Shown: positions 1 to 13,662, numbered from the stretch's first letter. The stretch: DNA of 64,000 nt from Eledone cirrhosa (GCA_964016885.1 OZ024754.1:8060001-8124000), one strand, 5' to 3'. Notes: generated from the sequence alone by a model not told the origin. A program made the numbers and translations.

Positions 1-1849
1 ACCACATGCTGTGGTAAGTCTACCACTCAAGTAGGCCACCGCGAAATTTGAACTCAGAAGACAAAGAACAAGAGCAACTTATTGCTCTGATAATTCAGCA
101 AGCCTACCACTATTGACTAGTATTTTAACTATCAACTGTGAAAAGATAAAATGGAGAGTTGTCCTCGGCATGATTTGAACTTAGATTATAAAGAACAGGA
201 ACATATATAGTGAAACCTTTTTTCTTCGTTGTAACGGATGTGACAGATTACATTCTTGATATCTGGTCTATATTTTACTGATACAAGTTTCAACAAAATC
301 GATATTTTCAACCTACTAAGCCTGATAAATTACTACAATTTCACTAGAATGTTGAAGTCAATTGACAATGCCTCTTAAAGAAGACGCTACTATGTCTGTA
401 AATATAATCGATATTGTTCTCGAATGAACTTAGTGACACGAAAATAAATATTGAAAATCAAAATTCTGAGACAATCTGGTCATCAAGATCAACTTTGTTA
501 CACGTTACCTCAGTAAAGTATTCATAAACATTTGATAAAATAAACTAACAAATTTGACAAAAATATTTATCGAAATAAAGAAACCTTCCAAATTTCAGAA
601 CAGTTTCTAAATGAATCATATAATTAATAGTTGGTAAAAATAGAAATATCAAATCTTCGGTGCTATAATTATATTTTTATTTGTAGTTTTTATAATCAAT
701 TAATTTACAACTCTATATTATCAAGAAAACGAACTCGATGTTTGAGATCAATATGTGAGAAAACTCTCTTCGTTCACCAATTCCACCATTCTAAACAATA
801 TCTTTATTTCTCTCTCTGTATACATTCATATCTTATTCTCCCTCTCCCTGTTTCTCTTCCTCTATACATTCATATCCTATTCTCCCTCTCCCTGTTTCTG
901 TATACCTTTATATCATTCTCCCTCTCCCTGTTTTTCTCTGTATACCTTTATATCTTATTCTCCCTCTCCCTGTTTCTCTCTTTCTTCTATCTATGTATTT
1001 CCATCAGTATTTTACCTTTCTCTCGCTTCTTGTGAAGAAAAAAATATGCTTATCTGAAATAATTAAATAATTATTTGATGGAATGTATCCAAAGTTAAAT
1101 AATATATTTCACCTTACGTAATATAATTCTGATGCAAATTTCCTATTACTTATTCTAATCAAATCTAGGAAATTGGCATCTCTCGCTTCAAATATTTATA
1201 ATGAAATGCAGTGTTGCATCCTTAAAATGGCCGCCATCCAATTTGCAATAGAATAAAAGCAAACACCATCAATGTTACGAAACAGTTAATTGTGGCTCTG
1301 AATGGTGACACGTGACCCATATTCGTTGAAAGCAGAGAAGGTCCATTAAACAAATATACTGCACTCTTGCTTCCATTACTGTTGTTATGGTCTTACTGAG
1401 GTACGGTTTCATTTAATGGAGAATGTGAAAGTCGATGCTGGTTTAAATCAAATGCTTTTTGAGAAAGGAAACATCTTATTTCACTCATTTTCTGGACATT
1501 ACTATCATGCTATAATGCCAATATAATAGGAACCTACCTCTATCTTATAAATCATGTATGTTCTCTCAAGTGTAATATATCCATTATATCGAAATTGTTT
1601 TCATGATATATAACAGTTATATGTTTGACTTTTATCAGTTATTAATTTGAAAGTCAAACATGTCATTAAAAAGACAGATCACTGTATGTTCGAATCTCTC
1701 ATTGTCAATCTTTCTAATATCTCGTATTAACAATAGGTGAGGCTAAGAATTACTCTACTATATTCATGATGATTTCATGAAATATTAATTAATTGGATTG
1801 AGTCATAACCTGAAGTAATACAGTTTAGATATTCTGTCAATCAATTTTA

Positions 1850-2005
1850 ATCATCATCATCATCAGCATCATCATCAAGCGGCCTCAGCCGAAATAGACA
1901 ACAATTGATCTCCACGTGGGTCTGTCGTTCATTGCCGTTGCCAAGTCCTGGATTTCAATACCAGCATCTCTGGAGATGACATCGGGGTAGGGGAGCTTTC
2001 GCCCC
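1850..2005 (-). mobile_element. RTE-like LINE 3' end with (ATG)n tail
   Basis: translates GRKLPYPDVISRDAGIEIQDLATAMNDRPTWRSIV; matches 25613-25850. Confidence 0.65.
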
Positions 2006-2506
2006 CTGTATTATAAATTTATAAAGAGAGAAAAGATTAACATTTATAGTGAGACCAGTTACTTTATAAATATAAACCCAACTAATGTGACACATTCTAT
2101 ACCTAGCCAAGTTTGGGGGAGGGTCAAGTCAATTAAATCGACCCCAGTGCGTGACTGGTACTTTATTTTATTGACCTGGTAAGGATGAAAAGCAGAGTTA
2201 ACATTGGCGGGATTTGAACTCAGATCATAAAGGGCCGTAGCTACTTTTACTAATCTAATGACATATATTCTTTAGAAGTTCCTGCAACAGACAGCTGCGT
2301 ATCAATTCCAATCATTAAATTAATTATATTCTGCAGCAGCTTTCTATATCCAGTTTATTGATAGTTCAGCATTTATTCATGTTTTTCTCTCCAACAAATA
2401 TATTTATAATTAACTTTAGAAAATAAAGGCATGCAGAAAAGAAGTCTACCTGAACTTGCTGATTTGTGTTTTATATAATATATCTTCTGTAGTTACATTA
2501 GTTTAC

Positions 2507-5066
2507 ATGTGTGTGAGTGTGTTAGTGTGTGTCAGTGTGTCAGTGTGTGTGAGAGTGTGTGTCTGTGAGAGTGTGTGTGTGAGAGTCTGTGTGTGTGTGA
2601 GTGTGTGTGTGTGAGTGTGTGTGTGAGTGTGTGTGTGAGTGTGTGTGTGAGTGTGTGTGAGTGTGTGTGAGTGTGTGTGAGTGTGTGTGAGTGTGTGTAT
2701 GAGTGAGAGTGTGTGTATGAGTGAGAGTGTGTGTATGAGTGAGAGTGTGTGTATGAGTGAGAGTGTGTGTATGAGTGAGAGTGTGTGTATGAGTGAGAGT
2801 GTGTGTATGAGTGAGAGTGTGTGTATGAGTGAGAGTGTGTGTATGAGTGAGTGTGTGTATGAGTGAGTGTGTGTATGAGTGAGAGTGTGTGTATGAGTGA
2901 GAGTGTGTGTATGAGTGAGAGTGTGTGTATGAGTGAGAGTGTGTGTATGAGTGAGAGTGTGTGTATGAGTGAGAGTGTGTGTATGAGTGAGAGTGTGTGT
3001 GAGTGAGAGTGTGTGTATGAGTGAGTGTGTATATGAGTGAATGTGTGTATGAGTGAGTGTGTGTATGAGTGAGTGTGTCAGTGTGTGTGAGAATGTGTGT
3101 GTGTGTGAGAGTGTGTGTGTGTGAGTGAGAGGGTGTGTGAGTGAGTGTGTGTATGAGTGAGAGTGTGGGTGAGTGAGAGTGTGTGTGAGTAAGTGTGTGT
3201 GAGTGTGTGTGTGAGTGGGTACATGTAGGGAGGAGGGGTGAAGGATGAGAGTGTCCAACTGTGTGTTAGAGATAAAGAGGACCTGATATATAATACATAT
3301 ATATATATACACATGCACACAAACATATATACACACACATACATATATAAATAAATAAATATATGCATAAATATACACACACATATATAACATATATACA
3401 CACATACATATATAAATAAATATATGCATAAATATACACACACATAATATATATACACACATACATATATAAATAAATATGCATAAATATACACACACAC
3501 ACATATATAGAGGACCTGATGTATAATACATATATATACACATGCACACAAACAAACATACATACATATATACATACATACATACATACATACATAAATA
3601 AATATATGCATAAATATACACACACACATATATATAACATATATACACACATACATATATAAATAAATATATGCATAAATATACACACACACACATTTAT
3701 ATAGAGAGGACCTAATATATAATACATATATATACACATGCACACACACAGACACATACATATATAAATAAATAAATATATGCATAAATATACACACACA
3801 CAACATATATATATACACACATATATAAATAAATATATGCATAAATATACACACACACACACACTCATATATATAGAGAGGAACTGATATATAAGACATA
3901 TATATACACATGCACACAAACATATACACACACACACATACATATAGAAATAAATATACACACACATATATAACATATATATATACACACATACATATAT
4001 AAATGAATATATGCATAAATATACACACACACATATATGCACACACATATATAGAGAGGACCTGATATATAATACATATATATACACATGCACACAAACA
4101 TATATACACACATATATAAATAAATAAATATATGCATAAATATACACACATATATAACATATATATAACATATATAAATATATGCATAAATACACACACA
4201 TATATATATACACACATACATATATAAATAAATATATGCATAAATACACACACATATATATACACACATATTATATAATATTGAAAACGAGGAATCAGTG
4301 GAGCATCGCAACACAATTACGTATTAGAATTGCATCTCCGGCGAGCAGCTCGAGGTTCGATCTGTTTGTGGATCGAACCTAACTCTGGATTCGCAACTTC
4401 CTCAGATACGTCTGGTGATTTGGAAACAAGTTCTCTTCCGATGCATCACTGATTCTTCGTTTTCTATATTGTGAGTGTCTGAGTGAGTGTCTGAGTGAGT
4501 GTCTGAGTGAGTGTCTGAGTGAGTGTCTGAGTGAGTGTCTGAGTGAGTGTCTGAGTGAGTGTCTGAGTGAGTGAGTGAGTGTCTGAGTGAGTGAGTGAGT
4601 GTCTGAGTGAGTGAGTGAGTGTCTGAGTGAGCGAGTGTCTGAGTGAGTGAGTGTCTGAGTGAGTGTCTGAGTGAGTGTCTGAGTGAGTGTCTGAGTGAGT
4701 GTCTGAGTGAGTGTCTGAGTGAGTGTCTGAGTGAGTGTCTGAGTGAGTGAGTGTCTGAGTGAGTGAGTGTCTGAGTGAGTGTCTGAGTGAGTGTCTGAGT
4801 GAGTGTCTGAGTGAGTGTCTGAGTGAGTGTCTGAGTGAGTGTCTGAGTGAGTGTCTGAGTGAGTGTCTGAGTGAGTGTCTGAGTGAGTGTCTGAGTGAGT
4901 GTCTGAGTGAGTGTCTGGGTGAGTGTCTGAGTGAGTGTCTGAGTGAGTGTCTGGGTGAGTGTCTGAGTGAGTGAGTGTCTGAGTGAGTGAGTGTCTGAGT
5001 GAGTGAGTGAGTGAGTGAGTGTCTGAGTGAGTGAGTGAGTGAGTGTGTGAGTGTGAGTGAGTGAGT
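2507..5066. repeat. Compound microsatellite region (GT/GAGT/TA/CA; (GAGTGTCTGAGT)n)
   Basis: simple repeats; larger-scale repetition of GAGGACCTGATATATAATAC in 3278-4075. Confidence 0.9.
4277..4470 (-). mobile_element. Family C element with inverted ends and a degenerate HHR (4319-4411)
   Basis: ACGTAT-CTGAGGA...GAGA...TA-ATACGT (GAAA mutated); imperfect inverted termini 4277-4308 / 4439-4470; aligns with 37340-37485. Confidence 0.65.
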
Positions 5067-5519
5067 GAAAGCACTGACAGCACAACATATATAGGATGAG
5101 TTTAATAGGTCCTCATCATCCCAGTACAGAGTTAGTGGATGTCATAATTTCAAAATGGCTCAGTTTTCTTGGTTTTTACCCCGAGTCGGTAAATTCCTGA
5201 GATACACTAAAATATTAAATCTAACATGTTAAAAATAGAATACCATGTAATATACAACACAACACTGGCTATTATATATCCATTGTAAAGGGCGTCGAAC
5301 ATGCTGTGTAGCATAGAGTTACGGCCCTTTACGTTCTCAGTTCAAATCCCGTCGAGTTTAGCTTTGCCAATTATATATCAATTGTATAGGACGTCGGAGA
5401 ACATAGTGTGGCATAGAGTTACGACCCTTTACGTTCTGAGTTCAAATCTCATTGAGTTTAGCTTTGCCTTTGGCTATTATATATCAATTGTAGACGGTGT
5501 CGGACAACATACTGTGAAA

Positions 5520-5730
5520 GAGAGAAGGGGGGGAGAAAGAGAGAAAGGGGGGAGAAAGAGAGAAAGAGAGAAAGGGGGAGAGAAAGAGAGAAAGGGGGAG
5601 GGGGAGAAAGAGAGAAAGGGGGAGGGGGAGAAAGAGAGAAAGGGGGAGGTGGGGAGGGAGGGAGAGTGAAAGAGAGAAAGAGGGATAGAAAGAGAGGGAT
5701 AGAAAGAGAGAGAGAGACAGAGAGAGAGAC

Positions 5731-5761
<31 letters not shown>

Positions 5762-5985
5762 CAGAGAGAGAGACAGAGAGAGAGACAGAGAGAGAGACAG
5801 AGAGAGAGACAGAGAGAGAGACAGAGAGAGAGACAGAGAGAGAGACAGAGGGAGAGCCAGAGAGAGAGCCAGAGAGAGAGCCAGAGAGAGAGAGAATGTG
5901 AGAGAGAGAATGTGAGAGAGAGAGTTAGTGAGAGAGAGTGTGTGTGAGAGAGAGTGTGTGTGAGAGAGAGAGAGAGGAGAGGGGA
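5520..5985. repeat. (GA)n/(GAGAGAGAGACA)n microsatellite
   Basis: direct inspection. Confidence 0.9.
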
Positions 5986-6634
5986 AGGTAGAAAAGTAGG
6001 CGCTAGTGAAATAAATGAAATTTGAAAACGAACTAGAAATTACTCCAATATTTACAAATACAAACAGTTAATCCTTCATTTAAAAAGGTTTAAGGAAATT
6101 TGTCTTATTAAATTATTTTCGTATTTCTAAACATCACAAGATAACTGATAAATCATTGATTTGTTTCTACTATAATTCGCACTCTTTAGTAGAATTTTAA
6201 TCAATCAATGCTATTTCTTCATTACTAGTTGTCACTAAATTCATATTCTACATTACTTTCGGCAATATTGTATGTAATTTATACAATTCTTTATATATGT
6301 GTCTACTTCATTTTCTATTTGTAAAGATGTTCGACGCCATTTCCTAGTCAGTTGAGATACCATCACTGCTAATGGCAGGTCTCTTTGATCAAGGCATGAT
6401 GTGTGTGTGTGTGAGTTTATTTGTACTTTTAATGATTTTCAAATAATGTTTCGCATTTAACAGAGGCGACAATGATTTCCACATTAAAAAGTAAGAATTA
6501 TCGCCGTCACGATGTGAATCCTCAGTACATTGGTGGCATCTTTAACGAGGTCATTTAGCAGCCACGCTTCTGGAGATTTGGTCCTCATGCATGGAAAGCG
6601 AGAGAGCGAGAGAGAGAGACGAATTCATATACTA

Positions 6635-6710
6635 AGCATATCTGACGACCATTCGATCTATAATAGATCTTGCTTCGAGCTGATCGATAGTGAAATATAT
6701 GTAATATGTT
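6635..6710 (+). ncRNA. Type I hammerhead ribozyme (family C)
   Basis: AGCATAT-CTGACGA-CCATTCGATC...GATCGATAGT-GAAA-TATATG-TA^ATATGTT; same 3' tail (GCAACACTGA.T) as the 37349 copy. Confidence 0.7.
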
Positions 6711-6774
6711 ATTAAATATGTTAGATGCAACACTGAATCCTTATTCTTTATAATATATATATAGATATACATAT

Positions 6775-6925
6775 GAAATATGTATAATGAAATAAATATG
6801 GTTTTATAAATATAGTTTCCATTTGTTAGTATATCGTATTTTTACTCCAATAAACTGTTGAGTGCTTTATATCAGTTATAAAAATATTTGCTTGTTGTAT
6901 CCCAACAATTTAAATAGAACTACAT
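6775..6925 (+). mobile_element. Family A 3'-terminal fragment starting at the GAAA of the HHR
   Basis: TGAAATATGTATAATGAAATAAATATGG...CCCAACAATTTAAATAGAAC matches the reverse complement of 14367-14510. Confidence 0.65.
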
Positions 6926-7019
6926 ATAGATATATATTTATCCCGGGTTCAATCAGGGATAACTACAGTAAGTAAGGTACTCAATTCATAGCAGAGTATA
7001 AATATATAATATAGAAATG

Positions 7020-7069
7020 GCTTCGACAGGACTAGAACTGTTTCATCCGGAGGAAATCATCAGGAAAGC
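7020..7069 (-). ncRNA. Type I hammerhead ribozyme (family B)
   Basis: minus strand: GCTTTC-CTGATGA-TTTC CTCC GGAT-GAAA-CAG TTCTAGTC CTG-TC^GAAGC; GUC cleavage triplet. Confidence 0.75.
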
Positions 7070-7091
7070 GACTGTCAATGTAATATGGTGG

Positions 7092-7099
7092 TATTTATA
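7092..7099 (-). promoter_or_regulatory. Candidate TATA box of the family B pLTR
   Basis: TATAAATA about 30 nt upstream of HHR stem I; also present at 55433-55440. Confidence 0.45.
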
Positions 7100-7691
7100 A
7101 ATTTTCTGCTGGTAGGAGGGGGTGTTGATTGGGATGGGTGGAGGTCATTGGGTTTAAAGAATGGGGATTATTTGAAAAAAGTATTTTTAGAGAAAAAATA
7201 TATAAACAAAATTAACTGAAACATCGAGTTTGAGACGCGTGTGTATAAGAATTCGTAGGAAAATGGGAAAACTCGGCGCAAGGAAAATGTTAAAAGAACA
7301 AACTGCCGTCAAAGTAGCGTTGGGTACAAGCTTACTTCAAAGGGTAGAAATCAGCGGCTAGAGGTGAGTTGGCTCGAAGAATTGATAGGAAGAAAGGAAA
7401 AAAGAATAAAATGAACGAGAGGAGACATTATTTAAATACACTCATCAGCTTTTAGACCACCTGTAGTTTCGACGTAGTTATCTGGTGGTCATCGATCTGT
7501 CCAATTCGTTTGTCTACCAGCATTTCATGAAAAAATTTTACATTTTCTATATATTTTGTCTGGGGAGAACATGTTTTGCTTTATGTTTTACATAAAACTT
7601 TGCATCTTCGAAATATATATAAGAAATAGTTAGAGATGATATATAGTGTATATCTTTCGTTTATTACTAATATTTATTATTTGGCAGTATC

Positions 7692-7880
7692 GGCGGTGAA
7701 TTGGCAGTATCGGTAGAGGGTTGGATTACGCTTTCCAGCATAGTTACGTCCCTTTACGATGTGAGTTCAATTCCCGCCGAGGTTAACTTTGCCTTTCATC
7801 CTTACGGGGTCGATAAAATAGAGTACCAGTAATGTACTGGGATAATTGCTGGCCTTGTGCCAAAAAGTAGAACCAATTAT
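7692..7880 (+). mobile_element. tRNA-derived SINE (dominant family); second copy in tandem at 7881-8050
   Basis: A-box-like TGGCAGTATCGG, B-box-like GAGTTCAA.TCC, body GCCTTTCATCCTTACGGGGTCGATAAAATA, (ATT)n tail. Confidence 0.85.
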
Positions 7881-8869
7881 TTGGCAGTATCAGTAGAGCG
7901 TCAGACACCATGCTTGGCAACAGAGTTATGGCCTTTTACGAGCTGAGTTCAAATCCCGCTGAGGTTAACTTTGCCTTTCATCCTTACGAAGTACCAGTAA
8001 TGTACTGGGATAATTGCTGGCCTTGTGCCAAAAGTAGAAACAATTATTATTATTATATATATATATATATATATAGCTACGTTGTGAATTGTTTTTACTT
8101 CAGCTAGCCAAGTATTCTAAAAGAAATCCAGGATAAAACTCAACTTATAACTCAATACATACCGGATCAAATAGTTCCAACTAAACGAGGCTAACGTCGA
8201 TGAATGTCAACTCTCTAGTAGAGCAAGGTACGGTCTCCCAAAATAAAAACTCACCAACTTAATAGATATAGCCTGGGTTGATAAAGGCTGGTCTTTAATT
8301 TGGGGGGTTCTGGGTCATGAGAATTCTAAAGAAAAAACATAAGCGGGTTACTGTGCATTCAACGAATTGACTCCTTCGTGAAAGCAACGTAACAGAGGCT
8401 GGAAATTCCACAAACGTGTACGATTTGGGTGGTTTCCAATAAAATAATGTAGGGCCAGACTGATACATCGAATTACAGGTACAGTCAATCCGGTGTGCTT
8501 GTAATCCTTATTCCTGTACCTAAATTCCATTTGACAGTTCAAATGTTGAAGAATGTATCCAGATTAAACAACACTATCAACTAATACCATCTGAAATCAT
8601 AACTAAAACACATTCTAAATCCAGGATTAATACGAGATTTTGTCTCTCTTATTTTATGTATTTTAAACATTTTTGTTTCTGCCAACATAAACTGTCAGAT
8701 TAGTGTCACCATTATGAATATTTTCCACCTGTTTATTATATAAGTCATCACCTCATCTGATCCATAGATTTTAAACTGACACTTATACAATTCAGTAATA
8801 TTTTGGAGTAGAATTATGTCTATTATTTACTTTTCTCTCCTATATATATATATATACGTCTCTCTCTCT

Positions 8870-8906
<37 letters not shown>

Positions 8907-9028
8907 TCACTGTGTATTTATTTATTCAAAATAGTTGTCAGATAACCCGATCTAAAAGGTGATATCAATACACACAGCTATCGTATTTATACAGAAACGT
9001 CATCGTCAAGTTATTATTGAATGCTGGA

Positions 9029-10143
9029 TGTGTGTCTGTCTCTGTGTGTGTGTCTGTGTGTGTGTGTCTTTGTGTGTGTGTGTCTGTGTGTGTGTGTCTG
9101 TGTGTGTGTGTCTGTGTGTGTGTGTCTTTGTGTGTGTGTGTGTCTGTGTCTGTGTGTGTGTGTGTGTCTGTGTCTGTGTGTGTGTGTGTGTCTGTGTGTG
9201 TGTGTGTGTCTGTGTGTGTGTGTGTGTGAGTGTCTGTGTGTGTGTGTGTGTGTCTGTGTGTGTGTGTGTGTGTGAGTGTCTGTGTGTGAGTGTGTGTGTG
9301 AGTGTGTCTGTGTGTGAGTGTGTGTGTGAGTGTGTCTGTGTGTGAGTGTGTGTGTGAGTGTGTCTGTGTGTGAGTGTGTGTGAGTGTGTGTGTGTGTGAG
9401 TGTCTGTGTGTGAGTGTGTGTGAGTGTGTGAGTGTGTGTGTGTGTGAGTGTGTGAGTGTGAGTGTGTGAGTGTCTGTGTGTGAGTGTGTGAGTGTGAGTG
9501 TCTGTGTGTGAGTGTGAGTGTCTGTGTCTCTGTGTGTGAGTGTGTGCGTGTCTGTGTGTGCGTGTCTTTGTGTGTGTGCGTGTCTTTGTGTGTGTGTGTG
9601 TCGTTGTGTATGTGTCTTTCTGTGTGTGTCTGTGTGTATGTGTCTTTCTGTGTGTGTCTGTGTGTATGTGTCTTTCTGTGTGTGTCTGTGTGTGTGTGTG
9701 TGTGTCTTTCTGTGTGTGTCTTTCTGTGTGTATGTCTTTCTGTGTGTGTCTTTCTGTGTGTATGTCTTTCTGTGTGTATGTCTTTCTGTGTGTATGTCTT
9801 TCTGTGTGTATGTCTTTCTGTGTGTATGTCTTTCTGTGTGTATGTGTGTCTTTGTGTGTGTATGTGTGTTTTTGTGTCTTTGTGTGTTTTTGTGTCTTTG
9901 TGTGTGTGTGTCTTTGTGTGTGTGTGTCTTTGTGTGTGTGTGTCTTTGTGTGTGTGTGTCTTTGTGTGTGTGTGTCTTTGTGTGTGTGTGTGTCTTTGTG
10001 TGTGTGTGTGTGTCTTTGTGTGTGTGTCTTTGTGTGTGTGTGTGTGTCTGTGTGTGTGTGTCTGTGTGTGTGTGTCTGTGTGTGTGTGTCTGTGTGTGTG
10101 TGTCTGTGTGTGTGTCTGTGTGTGTCTGCGTGCATGCGTGCGC
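9029..10143. repeat. (GT)n-derived microsatellite
   Basis: direct inspection. Confidence 0.92.
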
Positions 10144-10332
10144 ATTTCAGAAAAACTATAATTATTCTCACATTAAGTACAAATGTAAAATACATTATAG
10201 ACTCAAATGTTTAGACAATTCCACCAATGAATTTAGATAGCTAATAAGTGAATAGGCGGCGAATTGGCAGAGTCGTTAGTACGTCGGATAGAATGGTTTA
10301 TGGAATTCGTTCTGGCTCTCTGAGTTCATATC

Positions 10333-11450
10333 TTCTTCATCTTCTTCAGAGGGTCGTGGGGACAGAGTCTTCAAACACTCCTTCCAGTGGGTCCTGTCCG
10401 AAGCATCCGTCTCCAATTGATCTAGCTGGATCCCCAAGCGAGACCAACCAAGTTCATGGATGTCATCTAACCATCGTACTCAGGGTCTACACCTGGGTCT
10501 CCTGTCGGTTGGTGTGGCCCGTAAAATATGTCCAGCTATTCTTTCTTCAGATATTCTAACCACATGCCCATAGTATCGGAGCTGTGATCTATCAAATCTC
10601 TCCAGCGATTCTTTCCTGAGACATTCTAACCCCATGCCCATAGTACCGGAGCTGTGATCTCTCCAGCGATTCTTTCTTCAGACATTCTAACCAAATGCCC
10701 ATAGTACCGGAGCTGTGATCTATCAAATCTCTCCAGCGATTCTTTCCTGAGACATTCTAACCCCATGCCCATAGTATCGGAGCTGTGATCTCTCCAGCGA
10801 TTCTTTCTTCAGACATTCTAACCAAATGCCCATAGTACCGGAGCTGTGATCTCTCAAATCTCTCCAGCGATTCTTTCCTGAGACATTCTAACCCCATGCC
10901 CATAGTACCGGAGCTGTGATCTCTCCAGCGATTCTTTCTTCAGACATCCTAACCCCATGCCCATAGTACCGGAGCTGTGATCTCTCAAATCTCTCCAGCG
11001 ATTCTTTCCTGAGACATTATAATCACATGCCCATAGTATCGGGCTGTGATCTCTCAAATCTCTCCAGCGATTCTTTCCTGAGACATTCTAACCATATGCC
11101 CATATTATCGGAGCTGTGATCCCTCAAATCTCTCCAGCGATTCTTTCCTGAGACATTATAATCACATGCCCATAGTATCGGGCTGTGATCTCTCAAATCT
11201 CTCCAGCGATTCTTTCCTGAGACATTCTAACCATATGCCCATATTATCGGAGCTGTGATCCCTCAAATCTCTCCAGCGATTCTTTCCTCAGACATTCTAA
11301 CCACATGCCCATAGTATTGGAGCTGTGATCACTCAATTCGGAGAAGTAGCGGCTCTAGCTGGAGTGACTGTCTGATCTCCGAGTTACGTACTTTATCGAG
11401 TACCGTTATTCCAAAGACTCTTCGAAGGAATACCATTTCGGCCTCTTGCA
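10333..11450 (-). mobile_element. RTE-clade LINE 3' fragment with internal tandem amplification
   Basis: RSQLRYYGHVVR...RWLDDIHELGWSRLGIQL, GAA tail; other 3' ends of this family at 27960-28100(-), 29720-29890(+), 42870-43095(+). Confidence 0.75.
10540..11335. repeat. Minisatellite with 61/70-bp then 69/70-bp units derived from LINE coding sequence
   Basis: GACATT(C/A)TAA anchors at 10620, 10681, 10751, 10812, 10882, 10943, 11013, 11082, 11152, 11221, 11291. Confidence 0.9.
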
Positions 11451-11882
11451 TATAGTGGTGTATATCATAAATTATTCCAAATACCATGAGATGGGGTTAA
11501 GTTACGCATTAAGCTATCAGTATTTATTATATTGGCTGATATATTAGTTTTACGTAAATACCTAAGTAAGGAAATAAGGGAATAATTGTTGATCAACCTT
11601 AACAACATGGCTATACCATTGAGTGTCACAGTATCTGCAGAAATAGAATATATATATATATATATATATATCGTTATACTTTGGGAGGGTCATGTTGCCA
11701 ATAAGAAACACACGCACCAGTTGTTTCACTTCAATTTATTATATATTTATAAATTTACAAATTTAAAAATTTATAAATTTCTGGTTGGTGTGTTTCTTAT
11801 TGGCAACATGACCCTCCCAAAGTATAACAATATCGGTTTCAACACACGATTTCAGATAAAGAATCTTGCAAATTCAGAAACG

Positions 11883-11928
<46 letters not shown>

Positions 11929-12161
11929 AAAATAGTCCTTCGTCAGTGATTTTCCAACCTTCATTGGTATTTCATCGCTTTAAAAATCATATACCTCCAG
12001 TTGGTGCGAGCAATAGCTAAATAAAGCTATTCCGCACCAACTGGAGGTATATGATTTTTAAAGCGATGAAATACCAATGAAGGTTGGAAAATCACTGATG
12101 AAGGACTATTTTTATCATATGTAACCCATGTGCAACCACGCAGTATTCGATTCTTCTAATG

Positions 12162-12217
<56 letters not shown>

Positions 12218-12442
12218 AGGTTCCAGTAACATTACTGCACTATAGCAGATTTATTGAGTGGGCGAGTCGTTGGCTGGAGACTTGTGTTCATATCAACGAT
12301 TTTCGTAAACATTGTATATATATATATATATACACACACACATAAATGTATGTATGTATGTATGTATATATATATATATATGCATATATGTGTGCGTGCG
12401 TGCATATATATATACATAGATATATGCATGTATATATGTATG

Positions 12443-12492
<50 letters not shown>

Positions 12493-12674
12493 TATATGTG
12501 TATATATATATATGCATGTATATATATATATATACATATGTGTATATATATATATATGCATATACATATATGTATGTATATATATATATATATATATACA
12601 TATATATATACATATATGTATATACATATATATATATATATACATATATATACATATATGTATATACATATATG

Positions 12675-12720
<46 letters not shown>

Positions 12721-12783
12721 TGTATATACATATATGTATGTATATATATATACATATATATATACATATATATATATACACAC

Positions 12784-12816
<33 letters not shown>

Positions 12817-12826
12817 CACATATATG

Positions 12827-12872
<46 letters not shown>

Positions 12873-12875
<3 letters not shown>

Positions 12876-13390
12876 TGAATCTTACTTGCTCTCCTTATCT
12901 CAATTTTATAGTTCTAGTATGACAAATTAATACCATGGAACAACCACTGTATCATAGACACCCTATATATTTCCAGGGTTACTTAGTACCTCTGGAGATA
13001 TTGATCTCCTTTTTTGTATATACTCCGTTATGTAGAGAACAAATCCGTTGTTTTATTTAGCTGCTATTTTTAGTGGCGTGATAGACAACACGTCTATGTT
13101 TACTTCGGCTTCTACTAAGGGCTGGTTCAGGCGCAGGTCAAGTTTACGGCCTCATTCGATCCTGTAATAGTTGGCAGATGGCAATACATTTTGCCGTTCC
13201 TGGGACTTTTGTCCTAGGTAGGGAAAATGCTTTCTGAAGATCCGAATATTTCCATTGGAAGTCCCTAGGATTTCCAATCTTTTGTGAGGTGAAACCGTCG
13301 GTAAAAGCAAAAGGAATAGGTGAATATTTAAATTATATTATTTAATTTATTTTAAAAAATTGTTTGAATCTTGCTTGCTTCGCTTATCTC

Positions 13391-13398
<8 letters not shown>
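12873..13398 (+). mobile_element. Retrozyme-like non-coding element: 489-bp unit plus about 37-bp terminal redundancy, in (TA)n
   Basis: imperfect direct repeats GTTTGAATCTT.CTTGCT...CTTATCTCAATTTTATA at 12873 and 13362; one internal HHR. Confidence 0.6.
13228..13309 (+). ncRNA. Type I hammerhead ribozyme (family D)
   Basis: TGCTTT-CTGAAGA-(stem II contains ATTGGAAGTCC/GGATTTCCAAT)-GAAA-CCGTCGG-TA^AAAGCA. Confidence 0.75.
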
Positions 13399-13465
<67 letters not shown>

Positions 13466-13576
13466 CACACACATGTATATACACACACACATTTATTTAC
13501 ACACACACACACATTTATATATATATATATATATATATACACATGTATATACACACACATTTATTTACACACACAC

Positions 13577-13641
<65 letters not shown>

Positions 13642-13662
13642 TATATACACACACACACACAC

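Noticed and set aside
7692-7790. tRNA gene
   Set aside because: A/B boxes are present but the sequence continues into the SINE body and no cloverleaf forms
12096-12115. CTGATGAAGG as a hammerhead core
   Set aside because: No downstream stem II, GAAA or UH arrangement could be folded
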